Assembly (NCBI GenBank): GCA_039810425.1
Contig: JBDHWW010000003.1
Span: 64,001 to 128,000 of the forward strand
DNA from: Pseudobdellovibrionaceae bacterium
GTDB taxonomy: Bacteria > Bdellovibrionota > Bdellovibrionia > Bdellovibrionales > Bdellovibrionaceae
DNA length: 64,000 bases
Reading direction: 5' to 3'
Each line of letters opens with the position of its first letter. Position 1 is the first letter of the stretch. This document shows positions 28,189 to 37,161 of this stretch, in pieces. A model generated the notes under the pieces. That model had not been told where the DNA came from. It worked only from the letters and a program-made list of their open reading frames with translations, and made no database searches. Made by a program: the position numbers and the translations under genes.

Positions 28189-29898
28189 ATGAACTCTCAA
28201 ACTGCAAAAACATCTCCGCTTCGAACAGTTCTGAAAGAACTCGTGCTGCCTTATTGGACACGTTCGGAAGATCGCTGGCGCGCGCGCGGATTGTTGGCTC
28301 TCACTTTGGTGTTGATCGTCGGTATGGTTTACGCCCTAGTTCTACTGAATCGCTGGAATCAAGCGTTCTACGACGCCCTTCAGAACTTGAATAGAGAGGA
28401 GTTCATCAGCCAGCTATGGCGTTTTTTCTTTATTGCGCTTTTTTACTCCGTGATCATGGCCTTGAAGTTCTATGTTTTGCAGAGCCTCGCCATCAACTGG
28501 CGTCAATGGATCACCGAAAAAGGCCTGCACCGCTGGCTCAGCGACAAGAACTTCTATTATTGGCAATTCAGCGGACATGAACACGATAATCCCGATCAGC
28601 GCCTCTCTGAAGATATTCACGAACTCACCGACTTGAGCCTCGAAATCTCAGAGAAGGTGATCCGTGAGTTCATCACCTTTGTGTCGTTCATCGGCATTCT
28701 CTGGAGCCTTTCAGGCTCGGCCAAATTCACGGCGTTTGGTTATAACATTGAGCTTTATCGTTACCTTGTTTGGGTTTGCTTGCTTTACGCGGTGGTCGGG
28801 ACTTTCATCGTTCACAAGATTGGTCATCCGCTTTCAAAACTCAACTTTATGCAGCAAAAACTCGAGGCGGATTTCCGTTACTTCTTGGTGCGCCTGCGTG
28901 AAAACAGCGAAAATGTGGCTTTACTCAACGGCGAAAAAGCCGAACAGCAAAAGCTTTCGACCAAATTCTCCCAGGTCGTGGGTAATTTCAAAGCGCTGAT
29001 CTCGCGCCAGAAGAAACTGATTCTAACGACGAATATTTACGGTCAGTTGGCTTATATCTTTCCGTTTGTGGTTGCGTCACCAAAAGTGTTCACCAAAGAG
29101 ATCACTCTGGGGCAGCTTTTCCAGATCAGCAGTGCCTTTGGCCAAGTGCAAGGGTCGGTCTCGGTGTTTGTGGATATGTATGCGAAGATCGCGCGACTGC
29201 ATTCGGTCGCTCTGCGTTTGGGCGGATTCTTAGGTTTGCTCGAAGAAAATCACGGGCTTCGCGAAAAAGGCCTAAATGGAAAACTCCATGCAACAGAGGG
29301 CGCGGGTCTTTCCGCCGAAGATTTGCGGGTCCTAACGCCACAGCAGCAAACTTTGTTGACCGCCGTAAATCTAAAACTCACCCCAGGACAGAGCTTGCTA
29401 ATCACAGCTCCTTCGGGAAAAGGCAAAACCACCTTGCTTCGCACTCTGAACGGCATTTGGCCTTTCATTGACGGACAGATTCATCTGCCTCGTCACAGCC
29501 ACCGTCTTGTGCTCACACAAAAAGCCTACTTACCGATCGGCACCCTGCGCGCGGCTCTGGCCTACCCGCTTTCCGCCGAAGCCTTCAGCGATCAAGACAT
29601 GGTTACAGCTTTGGCCGGCACGAAATTGAACTCACTCATTCAGCATCTTGATGACGAAGACTACTGGTCGCAACGTCTTTCTTCCGGCGAGCAACAGCGT
29701 TTGGCGCTGGCGCGTGCCTTCTTGCAAAAACCCGAAGTTTTGTTTTTAGACGAAGCCACTTCCGCCCTCGAAAAAGACACCGAAGCCGAGATCTACCAAG
29801 CTCTGATAAAATCCTTCCCCAAGATGATTCTTATCAGCTTCAGTCACGAAGCTGGCCCTCTCGCGGCTTTCCACCAAAAAACTCTGGCATTGCTCTGA
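28189..29898 (+). CDS. SbmA/BacA-like (YddA/ABCD-type) ABC transporter, fused permease-ATPase
   Basis: NRWNQAFYDALQ, DNPDQRLSED, EADFRYFLVRLREN, Walker A APSGKGKT, LSSGEQQR, LDEATSAL. Confidence 0.9.
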   Translation: MNSQTAKTSPLRTVLKELVLPYWTRSEDRWRARGLLALTLVLIVGMVYALVLLNRWNQAFYDALQNLNREEFISQLWRFFFIALFYSVIMALKFYVLQSLAINWRQWITEKGLHRWLSDKNFYYWQFSGHEHDNPDQRLSEDIHELTDLSLEISEKVIREFITFVSFIGILWSLSGSAKFTAFGYNIELYRYLVWVCLLYAVVGTFIVHKIGHPLSKLNFMQQKLEADFRYFLVRLRENSENVALLNGEKAEQQKLSTKFSQVVGNFKALISRQKKLILTTNIYGQLAYIFPFVVASPKVFTKEITLGQLFQISSAFGQVQGSVSVFVDMYAKIARLHSVALRLGGFLGLLEENHGLREKGLNGKLHATEGAGLSAEDLRVLTPQQQTLLTAVNLKLTPGQSLLITAPSGKGKTTLLRTLNGIWPFIDGQIHLPRHSHRLVLTQKAYLPIGTLRAALAYPLSAEAFSDQDMVTALAGTKLNSLIQHLDDEDYWSQRLSSGEQQRLALARAFLQKPEVLFLDEATSALEKDTEAEIYQALIKSFPKMILISFSHEAGPLAAFHQKTLALL

Positions 29899-30017
29899 GA
29901 CCGTTCTTTCACCGTTCACAGCAGAGCCCAGAGACCTATGAAGCTCACGCAGGTCCATTCAGCCAGCGTGAAAATAATGTTGAGCAAGCAAGAATAAAAA
30001 AAGCATCCAACCGGCTG

Positions 30018-30437
30018 CTAACGGAGACGACCGAGGGTCACGCCTGTCTCTTTGGCGATGAGGGCGGCGGAAATTTTCGCAACTCCCCCACCGAAACTCC
30101 TACCCAGCAAAATACAATCTGGCCGGCGCCCCTGCCACTCGGATGCCAAGAACTTTCCGGTACGATAAAGGCCTGACTGAATCTCATCACAAATCATCGG
30201 AATATGGCGCGGTTTAAAAAGAAACCCGACTTTCACCGATCATGCTTTGGCTCGGAGATCATGGCGATTTCCAGACTTTGCTAGCCGTGCCTGAAAAAAT
30301 CTCCGCGAGCTCCCAAGTGGACGCTTTTCCGTGATTGGGCCGCTGGCAAAGCAAAGAACACTATTCGCCTTCGAGCGCCTCATCGAGTCCGTGCAAGAGT
30401 TTAAAAAATCAAATTTGAAGGCCGAAGTCTTCGACAA
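30018..30437 (-). pseudogene. Degraded fragment of a class III PLP aminotransferase
   Basis: ICDEIQSGLYRTG...PDCILLGRSFGGG (catalytic Lys position reads Arg) in a 72-aa ORF; upstream FLNSCTDS resembles the N-terminal NSG.E motif; most of the gene is missing. Confidence 0.7.
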
Positions 30438-30548
30438 AGAGGTAATAGTTACATTGTGCCCCTACACGGGGTTCTGGCGCCAAGTTTGATACTTTATTCT
30501 AACTACTTATTTTTACTTGTCTTTTAAGCGTGGTGGCAAAATAAAAAT

Positions 30549-30564
30549 TGGCCCTTGAATTGCA
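30549..30564 (+). promoter_or_regulatory. Sigma54 promoter of the radical SAM-peptide-HK-RR operon
   Basis: TGGCCC-TTGAA-TTGCA (GG-N10-GC, one mismatch to consensus), about 65 nt upstream of ATG 30630, preceded by an AT-rich tract. Confidence 0.7.
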
Positions 30565-30629
30565 TATTTTTAGCCTTGGAAGTGGATGGTGACATAAGGT
30601 CACCAGTTGGCCACTATTGGGGACGACTC

Positions 30630-31937
30630 ATGGAACTACGACGCTACAAAGACATCCTAGCGCTAAAATCAGAAGAGGGCACTCTTCTGGCGTTTCATTC
30701 GCGCAACATGGAGGTCGCTCAAATCTCAGAAAGCGCCTGGGTGAACATGAACCCAACAACGTTGCTGAATTCGAACCCTTCGAAGGTTGTGCTCCAAGAA
30801 TGCGAAGCCCTCGAAGAGCTCAAAACTTGGAACCAGGAAGACAACGCTCAGGTTAAAACCAGCAAGATCAGCAACAACATCCGCTTTCTTACAATCAACG
30901 TGACTCAAATCTGCAACCTCCACTGCTCCTACTGCGCGGCGGGCGGCGACGGTACGTTCGGCGATAGCATCGCCAAAATCTCTATCGAAAAAACCTTACC
31001 GCAGATCAAGTTCTTCCTCGATCGTTTGCCACAAGGCTTAAGCTTCAACGTAAGCTTCCTCGGTGGCGAGCCTTTGCTTTATGCTGAAGGCCTCGAGATG
31101 ATTGCGAAATATATTGCTGACATCGCCCCTGAACGCAGCGTGAATTACACGATCATCACGAACGGCACATTGCTGACGGACAAAAATGTTGATTTGCTGG
31201 CACGCATGAAAGCCACCGTGACGATCAGCCTTGACGGTCCTGCGGAGATCAACGATCGCATGCGTCCGACCAAGAACGGAACTTCATCAACGGCGATGAT
31301 CGTGAAAGGCCTTGAAAAAGTCCTCGCACGCAAATCAGAATTCAGCCACGTGATGATTCACGGAGTTTTCGATAGCCAAAACATGGCGCTTGTGAAAGCT
31401 TACGAGTTCTATTCCCAATTCAACGTGGACAGCTATGATTTTTCATTCTCGGTTTCTGACAACAATCCCCGCGCGACTCAAGAGTACATGGAACAAATGA
31501 CTCAAGTCGCCGCGCTGGCTTACGCTCAAGGTGGCGAGAGGGCTCTCAGAAAGATCCGCGCGTTTGAACAGCATTTTCAGTCGTTGGACCAACAACGCCG
31601 TACCGAAAACTATTGCGGCGCCGGCAAGTCCTTCTTGATGATTGATGCCCGCAATCAGATCTACACCTGCCCTTGGGATGTGAATGAAAAGAAAGAGCAA
31701 GTTGGCCAAGGAACAGAGTTAAGCGAAAAGGCTTTGGAAGCGTACCAAAAGCCGATTCTCGAACAGAACAAATGTGAAACCTGCTGGGCGCGATTCCTAT
31801 GCGGCGGCGGCTGTATGTTCGCCCATAAGCATGGCTCAGGATCTAAGAACGTTAAAAATACGCTGTTTTGCGAAAGAACAAGATTTATGGTAGCGCTGGC
31901 ATTGATCTACTATGAGCGATGCCGAAGCGCCGCCTGA
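30630..31937 (+). CDS. Radical SAM/SPASM peptide maturase (ranthipeptide/SCIFF maturase-like)
   Basis: CNLHCSYC, FLGGEPLL, TNG, ISLDG; SPASM Cys pattern CGAG...YTC...CETCWARFLCGGGC...C; N-terminal extension compatible with an RRE domain. Confidence 0.9.
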   Translation: MELRRYKDILALKSEEGTLLAFHSRNMEVAQISESAWVNMNPTTLLNSNPSKVVLQECEALEELKTWNQEDNAQVKTSKISNNIRFLTINVTQICNLHCSYCAAGGDGTFGDSIAKISIEKTLPQIKFFLDRLPQGLSFNVSFLGGEPLLYAEGLEMIAKYIADIAPERSVNYTIITNGTLLTDKNVDLLARMKATVTISLDGPAEINDRMRPTKNGTSSTAMIVKGLEKVLARKSEFSHVMIHGVFDSQNMALVKAYEFYSQFNVDSYDFSFSVSDNNPRATQEYMEQMTQVAALAYAQGGERALRKIRAFEQHFQSLDQQRRTENYCGAGKSFLMIDARNQIYTCPWDVNEKKEQVGQGTELSEKALEAYQKPILEQNKCETCWARFLCGGGCMFAHKHGSGSKNVKNTLFCERTRFMVALALIYYERCRSAA

Positions 31938-32001
31938 ACCACAACCACCAGGACATGATGGAGCAATAATGATGAAATTCCTAACTCTACTAAAGGAAAA
32001 G

Positions 32002-32136
32002 ATGATGGAAAAAATAGAGAAAAAACACATTAAGAAGCTGAAGCCACAAACATCTCAGCCTTCGCATTTTGGGCCTGGTAACGGCGGCAATCCGTGCCCT
32101 CCAGTCGGTGGCGATATTATGGTACCAAACAACTAG
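32002..32136 (+). CDS. Putative RiPP precursor peptide (44 aa; alternative starts at 31969/31972)
   Basis: AAAGGA RBS; MMEKIEKKHIKKLKPQTSQPSHFGPGNGGNPCPPVGGDIMVPNN; lies between the maturase and the kinase. Confidence 0.7.
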   Translation: MMEKIEKKHIKKLKPQTSQPSHFGPGNGGNPCPPVGGDIMVPNN

Positions 32137-32155
32137 TTTGAGGAACTGACTAACG

Positions 32156-34033
32156 ATGGCACTTCCTCCTTCGCAGACTAAAACAAAAGGCCCTTTCAAA
32201 GGTGGAATCTTGTATTCCGTCTTGCGCCTTGTTTTGGCTTGCGCGATGGGCGTTTTCATCAGTCAGCTCAAACTCGATTCTTGGGAATCCATGCTCTACG
32301 ACATGCGCGTTCGCTTGTTGCCGGAGCCCGCTCCTTCGGGTCAGATTGAAATGATTTTGACCACATCGCGGACGGTAGAAACCCTCAAAGGGATTCCTAC
32401 TGCGAAGGAGCAATTGGAACTCCTTAAGAACCTCGAACGCGAAGAGCCTCTGGCGGTTCTTTACATCCAAAACCTCGGCGAGCTTGAAGGAAGTGCTGAA
32501 GAAAAAAAAGCCTTCGCCGCTGAAGCTTTGAAGCTCAACAACCTGTACATGGCCAGCCAGGATCTTGAAATGAAAGGCGAAGAGGGAAAGCTCCGCCTGG
32601 CGGAGCCACTCAATACGATTGAACTCTTCCCCGGCCCACGCACCAGTGATGGCGATGTGCTTGCCCAGGATAAGGTGACCCGTCGTATGATGATCACTTA
32701 CCAAGACCGCCAGATGATTCACCCCTTTATTGCCAGCCTTGTGAATCCTGAAGTTTCCAAAAAGGAAAATATCCGCGGTCTGTTTGAGTTCTTTGACTCT
32801 GAACAGGTATATATCAGTTACCGCAAAGCTGACACGTATCCAATGACGGCATTTGAAGACGTCATGGATAAACGTTTTGAACCGGGTCACTTTAAAAACA
32901 AAATCGTTCTGATCGGTAACGATCACGGCGGCTCCGTGCGTGACTACGTGAAGACGCCATTTTCCAAAGACGCGAAGGCCATGACCCTCGTGGAACTTCA
33001 CGCCAATATGCTTGATACTTTGATTCAAAATAAAGCGCCGATTCAGGCGGCCCCCTGGTTGAACGTATTGGTGACGATACTAACGTCCATCATCACCGTT
33101 TACGTTCTCTTCACAATGAAACCAATTCGAAGTCTCACGATTCTGGCGGCGACCGGCGGTGCCTTACTCGTATTCAGTGCGATCGCTTTCTGGCCCATCG
33201 GCTATTGGGTGAAGATGGCGCATCCCTTCCTGGCGATCTTCTTGTGCTATTACTTCTTTATCCCCTACCGCTTGATCATCGAAAATCGTCGCAGTTGGGA
33301 ATACTACCAGAAAAATAAGCTGCTTTCCCAAGTTGAGGAACTCAAAGGCAACTTCATTTCGATGATGTCGCACGATTTAAAAACGCCGATTGCCCGTATT
33401 CAAGGCATGACCGATGTGATTCTCAAGGACCAACAACCCTTGAGCACCCAGCAACGCGAAGCCGTGGATACGATCCGTCATTCCGGTGACGATCTTTTGC
33501 GGTTCATCAATGCGATTTTGAACTACGGTAAGATCGAGAGCCAAGGGGTCCAACTGCATATGCAAAGTCGGGACGTTAATTCATTGCTGAAAGACGTTAT
33601 CCATAAGCATGAGTTCCTGGCTAAGGTAAAACGTATTCCGATTAAGTTTGAATCCGAGCCTTTATTTCCGATCCAGGTGGACCCCGAGCTCATGAAGCAA
33701 GTGTTCTCGAACCTTATAGAGAACGCCATTAAGTACAGCCCTGAGGAATCTCAGGTGCAGGTTCACAGCGAAGAGGTTAACGGCAAAGTGATCGTTCGCG
33801 TCCAAGACAGCGGACCTGGAATTCCAGAGGACGAAGTGAGCAACATTTTTATGAAGTTTTTTAGAAGCAAGAATGCGAAAAGTTCTCCGATTAAAGGATC
33901 GGGACTCGGGTTGTACCTTGCTAAATATTTTACAGAATTGCACCAGGGCAGAATCTTTGTTGAAAGTACCTATGGAAAAGGATGTACTTTTACTGTAGAA
34001 CTGCCTCTGGAACAGGGGAGGTCACATGCTTAG
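32156..34033 (+). CDS. CHASE2-domain sensor histidine kinase
   Basis: DKVTRR, FKNKIVLIG, TPF, VELHANMLDTL (CHASE2), three TM helices, H-box SHDLKTP, NLIENAIKY, DSGPGI, GSGLGL. Confidence 0.92.
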   Translation: MALPPSQTKTKGPFKGGILYSVLRLVLACAMGVFISQLKLDSWESMLYDMRVRLLPEPAPSGQIEMILTTSRTVETLKGIPTAKEQLELLKNLEREEPLAVLYIQNLGELEGSAEEKKAFAAEALKLNNLYMASQDLEMKGEEGKLRLAEPLNTIELFPGPRTSDGDVLAQDKVTRRMMITYQDRQMIHPFIASLVNPEVSKKENIRGLFEFFDSEQVYISYRKADTYPMTAFEDVMDKRFEPGHFKNKIVLIGNDHGGSVRDYVKTPFSKDAKAMTLVELHANMLDTLIQNKAPIQAAPWLNVLVTILTSIITVYVLFTMKPIRSLTILAATGGALLVFSAIAFWPIGYWVKMAHPFLAIFLCYYFFIPYRLIIENRRSWEYYQKNKLLSQVEELKGNFISMMSHDLKTPIARIQGMTDVILKDQQPLSTQQREAVDTIRHSGDDLLRFINAILNYGKIESQGVQLHMQSRDVNSLLKDVIHKHEFLAKVKRIPIKFESEPLFPIQVDPELMKQVFSNLIENAIKYSPEESQVQVHSEEVNGKVIVRVQDSGPGIPEDEVSNIFMKFFRSKNAKSSPIKGSGLGLYLAKYFTELHQGRIFVESTYGKGCTFTVELPLEQGRSHA

Positions 34034-35558
34034 AGTTTTGGTGGTCGATGATGATCAGGGATTAAGACTCTCAGTCAAAACAGCGCTCACGACGTCGAAT
34101 CGTTTTGAAGTTGAAGAGGCCTTTGACGGCCTGAATGCCATCGAGAAAGTAAAGGCACCTGAGAACTCAGGCGTAAAGAAGTTCGATGTTGTTATTCTTG
34201 ATGTCGACATGCCACGTATCAACGGTCTGGAAGCACTCAGACTGATCAAAGAACATGATCCAGGAATCATCGTATTGATGATCACGGCCCATGCAACTTT
34301 AGACCATGCGGTTCAAGCGGTCAAAGACGGCGCTTACAACTATCTTTCAAAACCTGTTTCCGGCGATGAACTCTTGGCCCTGGTGGATAAAGCAGTTTCC
34401 GCGCACACGATGATTTCAAACATCGCGGCATCGGCACCCGTGCTGGTGGAAGCGGGACGCAAGATTATCGGTAACACCCAGCAAATGCAGAAAGTTTTCA
34501 ACATCATTCACCGTCTGGCGAAGGTTGATACTCCCGTGTTGATTCGCGGCGCTTCTGGTTCTGGTAAAGAACTCGTTGCGAAAGCGATCCACTACAATTC
34601 TGCCCGTAAGGATGAAAAGTTCGTGGCCATCAACTGTTCTGCGATCCCGGAGAACTTGTTTGAATCAGAACTCTTCGGTCACGAAAAGGGTTCTTTCACT
34701 GGCGCGGATCAGCGCAAAATTGGTAAGTTCCAGTTTGCGGAAGGCGGAACATTGTTCTTGGATGAAGTAGGCGATATGCCACTCATGATGCAAGTTAAGA
34801 TCTTGCGCGTCCTCCAAGAGAAAATGTTCACCCCGGTGGGTTCAAACCGCGAGATTTCAACAAACGTAAGAATCGTGGCGGCGACAAACCGTCCTTTGGA
34901 AGACATGATCAAGGCCGGCACGTTCCGCGAAGACTTGTTCTATCGCTTGAATGTGGTCCCTATCTTCTTGCCCGCTTTGGCTGACCGCAAAGACGACATC
35001 GAGAACTTGATCAACATCTTCATCAAAAAGTTCAATGCAGCTCATGGCAAACGCATCTCTGGTGTGGCTCCAGATGCTTTGTCAGCGCTCAAGAAATACC
35101 AATGGCCGGGCAACATCCGTGAGTTGGAAAATGTGATTGAACATGCTTTCGTTCTTGAGACCCACAACATGATCACATTGGCGTCACTCCCAGAAGCGGT
35201 TTTGGCCGCAGCGGGTGTAAACTTGATTGATGCGTTGGCTCAGCCTGCGGTTGTTGATACGAAAGCGGCGGCTTCTATGTCCACAGACCTCGGTGACGAT
35301 GAGGATTTAGGCGTTGTTGATAGCGAAGACCTCGCGTTGGACAATGACGAAGGCGAAGTTGCAACTGTTTCTATTTCAGCTGGCAGCCTCGATTTTAACG
35401 CCCAAAAGGAAGCTTTCGAGAAAGAGTTCATCATCAAGGCTCTGAAGACCTTTAAAGGCCGCATCAACCAAACGGCTTTGCATGCTAACATTCCAAAGAA
35501 GACCCTGCTCCGCAAGATCGAAAAATATGGAATCATCGCAAAGGATTACTCTGTTTAA
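34026..35558 (+). CDS. Sigma54-dependent response regulator (NtrC/AtoC family)
   Basis: REC domain (VVDDD, LDVDMP), AAA+ GASGSGKE, ESELFGHEKGSFTGA, WPGNIRELEN, C-terminal Fis-like HTH; overlaps the kinase stop codon. Confidence 0.95.
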   Translation: MLRVLVVDDDQGLRLSVKTALTTSNRFEVEEAFDGLNAIEKVKAPENSGVKKFDVVILDVDMPRINGLEALRLIKEHDPGIIVLMITAHATLDHAVQAVKDGAYNYLSKPVSGDELLALVDKAVSAHTMISNIAASAPVLVEAGRKIIGNTQQMQKVFNIIHRLAKVDTPVLIRGASGSGKELVAKAIHYNSARKDEKFVAINCSAIPENLFESELFGHEKGSFTGADQRKIGKFQFAEGGTLFLDEVGDMPLMMQVKILRVLQEKMFTPVGSNREISTNVRIVAATNRPLEDMIKAGTFREDLFYRLNVVPIFLPALADRKDDIENLINIFIKKFNAAHGKRISGVAPDALSALKKYQWPGNIRELENVIEHAFVLETHNMITLASLPEAVLAAAGVNLIDALAQPAVVDTKAAASMSTDLGDDEDLGVVDSEDLALDNDEGEVATVSISAGSLDFNAQKEAFEKEFIIKALKTFKGRINQTALHANIPKKTLLRKIEKYGIIAKDYSV

Positions 35559-35585
35559 TCAAGTCAAGTATAGTGAGCACATTTC

Positions 35586-35619
35586 AAAACCCGGCCGCAA
35601 GAAAACGGCCGGTTTTTTT
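35586..35619 (+). terminator. Rho-independent terminator closing the operon
   Basis: CCGGCCG-caagaaaa-CGGCCGG-TTTTTT. Confidence 0.8.
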
Positions 35620-35728
35620 ACCTCAACGATGATGAGGCTCAGGTTTCGACAAATAAATAACTAAATTATCATTAGCCCTTCACTTAGTTTCTAGATACGG
35701 TTTAATAGTTAAAACCATAAAAACAAGG

Positions 35729-36859
35729 ATGGCTACAATGAAAACTCTTCTGACACTATTAGGTGCAGCGCTTGTCTCCGCCAGTGCACATGCAAACTCT
35801 TTGGGCTTTGATTTTCGCGGTGATGTTCAAAGCATCGATTACAACGACGCCGCGGGCGCTTCTGACTACACCCGCTTTTACCTGAAAACCGGGCGGTTGT
35901 ACTACAAAGGCACCGTCAATGACCGCTTCAGCTATGATCTCCGCCTGGGTTTCTATAAGCCCGCCGCCGACAATGTTTCAGCCGCAGGAGTGCCCGCCAA
36001 TAGCCGACGCGATTCTGTCAATAGCTCCGTTGAGTATGCCTTCATGACCGACAAGATGAGTGACAACTTTGTCTTATCCATTGGTAAGCTCAATTCAGAA
36101 ATCGGCGGCTTTGAAGGGGCTTCATCCGGCGCGGACCTCTACATGGTTTCTCCTTTTTACCAACACAGTGCTGCTGTCGGCCTGTCGGGCGGCAACATCG
36201 GCATCAACGAATCGGGCACGCGCAATCTTCTCTACACGGCGGGCCTTAAAGGCGATATCAGCTTTTCGGACCAACACATTTACCTGGTAGCGGTGAATAA
36301 TATCACGGATGCGACGGACTCAAGCTCGGCAACCGGCACCTTTAACCAAAATCGTGGTATGATGGGTGTGATTTGGAAAGGCTCTTTCATGGATAAAGCC
36401 CTGACCGGCCTGCTCAGTTACCACACCGTCAGCCCGCAAGGGGCCGGCGCTGGCGGCCAAACAAACCCGGATAATAAGCATGACTTCATTTCTGCAGGCG
36501 CTAAATATGAAGATGCCACTTGGGTCGGCAGCCTTGAGTACAGTACGACGACATTTAAAGACGGAGCCAGTGGCAACAAGGACCAAGTCTATGCGGCCAT
36601 TGCAAAATTTGGCTACAAGCTCGATTCATGGACTCCACGTTTAGAAGTTTTCACCTCTGAGGAAAAACGCGAAGTTGGAGTCACTGAAACCAACAAGTTC
36701 ATGGGGGTCGGCGCGGTTGTTGAATACAAACCCACCGCTGAAAATGTCCGTTACCATTTGGCCTACAATAGCATCACGACAGACCCGGAAACCGGCGATA
36801 ACAAGATCCGAAATGAACTGGTACTGGGCGCACGCCTGTACGGCGATTTCCTGAAATAG
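35729..36859 (+). CDS. Putative outer membrane porin
   Basis: Signal peptide ending in AHA, beta-strand pattern, C-terminal ARLYGDFLK. Confidence 0.65.
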   Translation: MATMKTLLTLLGAALVSASAHANSLGFDFRGDVQSIDYNDAAGASDYTRFYLKTGRLYYKGTVNDRFSYDLRLGFYKPAADNVSAAGVPANSRRDSVNSSVEYAFMTDKMSDNFVLSIGKLNSEIGGFEGASSGADLYMVSPFYQHSAAVGLSGGNIGINESGTRNLLYTAGLKGDISFSDQHIYLVAVNNITDATDSSSATGTFNQNRGMMGVIWKGSFMDKALTGLLSYHTVSPQGAGAGGQTNPDNKHDFISAGAKYEDATWVGSLEYSTTTFKDGASGNKDQVYAAIAKFGYKLDSWTPRLEVFTSEEKREVGVTETNKFMGVGAVVEYKPTAENVRYHLAYNSITTDPETGDNKIRNELVLGARLYGDFLK

Positions 36860-36900
36860 TTGAGCGCGAACTTCCAGGCCGGAGCGATAACTCTTGCTAT

Positions 36901-36937
36901 GACCCACATCTTTTACTGGATGTGGGTCTTATTTTTT
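36901..36937 (+). terminator. Rho-independent terminator
   Basis: GACCCACATC-ttttactg-GATGTGGGTC-TTATTTTTT. Confidence 0.75.
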
Positions 36938-37161
36938 AAAGTAGAGTGTTGGGAGCATACCGCCTCGATTCAACCCTTCCTTGTTGCGAAAACCTGTGAC
37001 TCGTGGGTCAAAGACGTCACCTGAGCAAAGTGACTTTTTAATTCAAGTGAAATACCGCCGGTTATCGCGATGTGTATAAAAATATATTTCGTGAAAATCA
37101 GTTCTGTTGCGGGACTCGAGAATTGACTGAGTGACACAAGGACAATATCTTTCTTTCCCTC

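Noticed and set aside
30555..30629. ORF-track N-terminal extension of the radical SAM gene (TTG start)
   Set aside because: The TTG lies inside the sigma54 promoter; ATG 30630 is more plausible
31912..31968. Longest 74-aa version of the precursor ORF
   Set aside because: It starts inside the maturase gene with no clear RBS; the downstream ATGs have RBS-like sequences
32150..33028. 292-aa antisense ORF
   Set aside because: Shadow of the CHASE2 kinase with no recognisable motifs; the many other antisense ORFs in the track were rejected for the same reason
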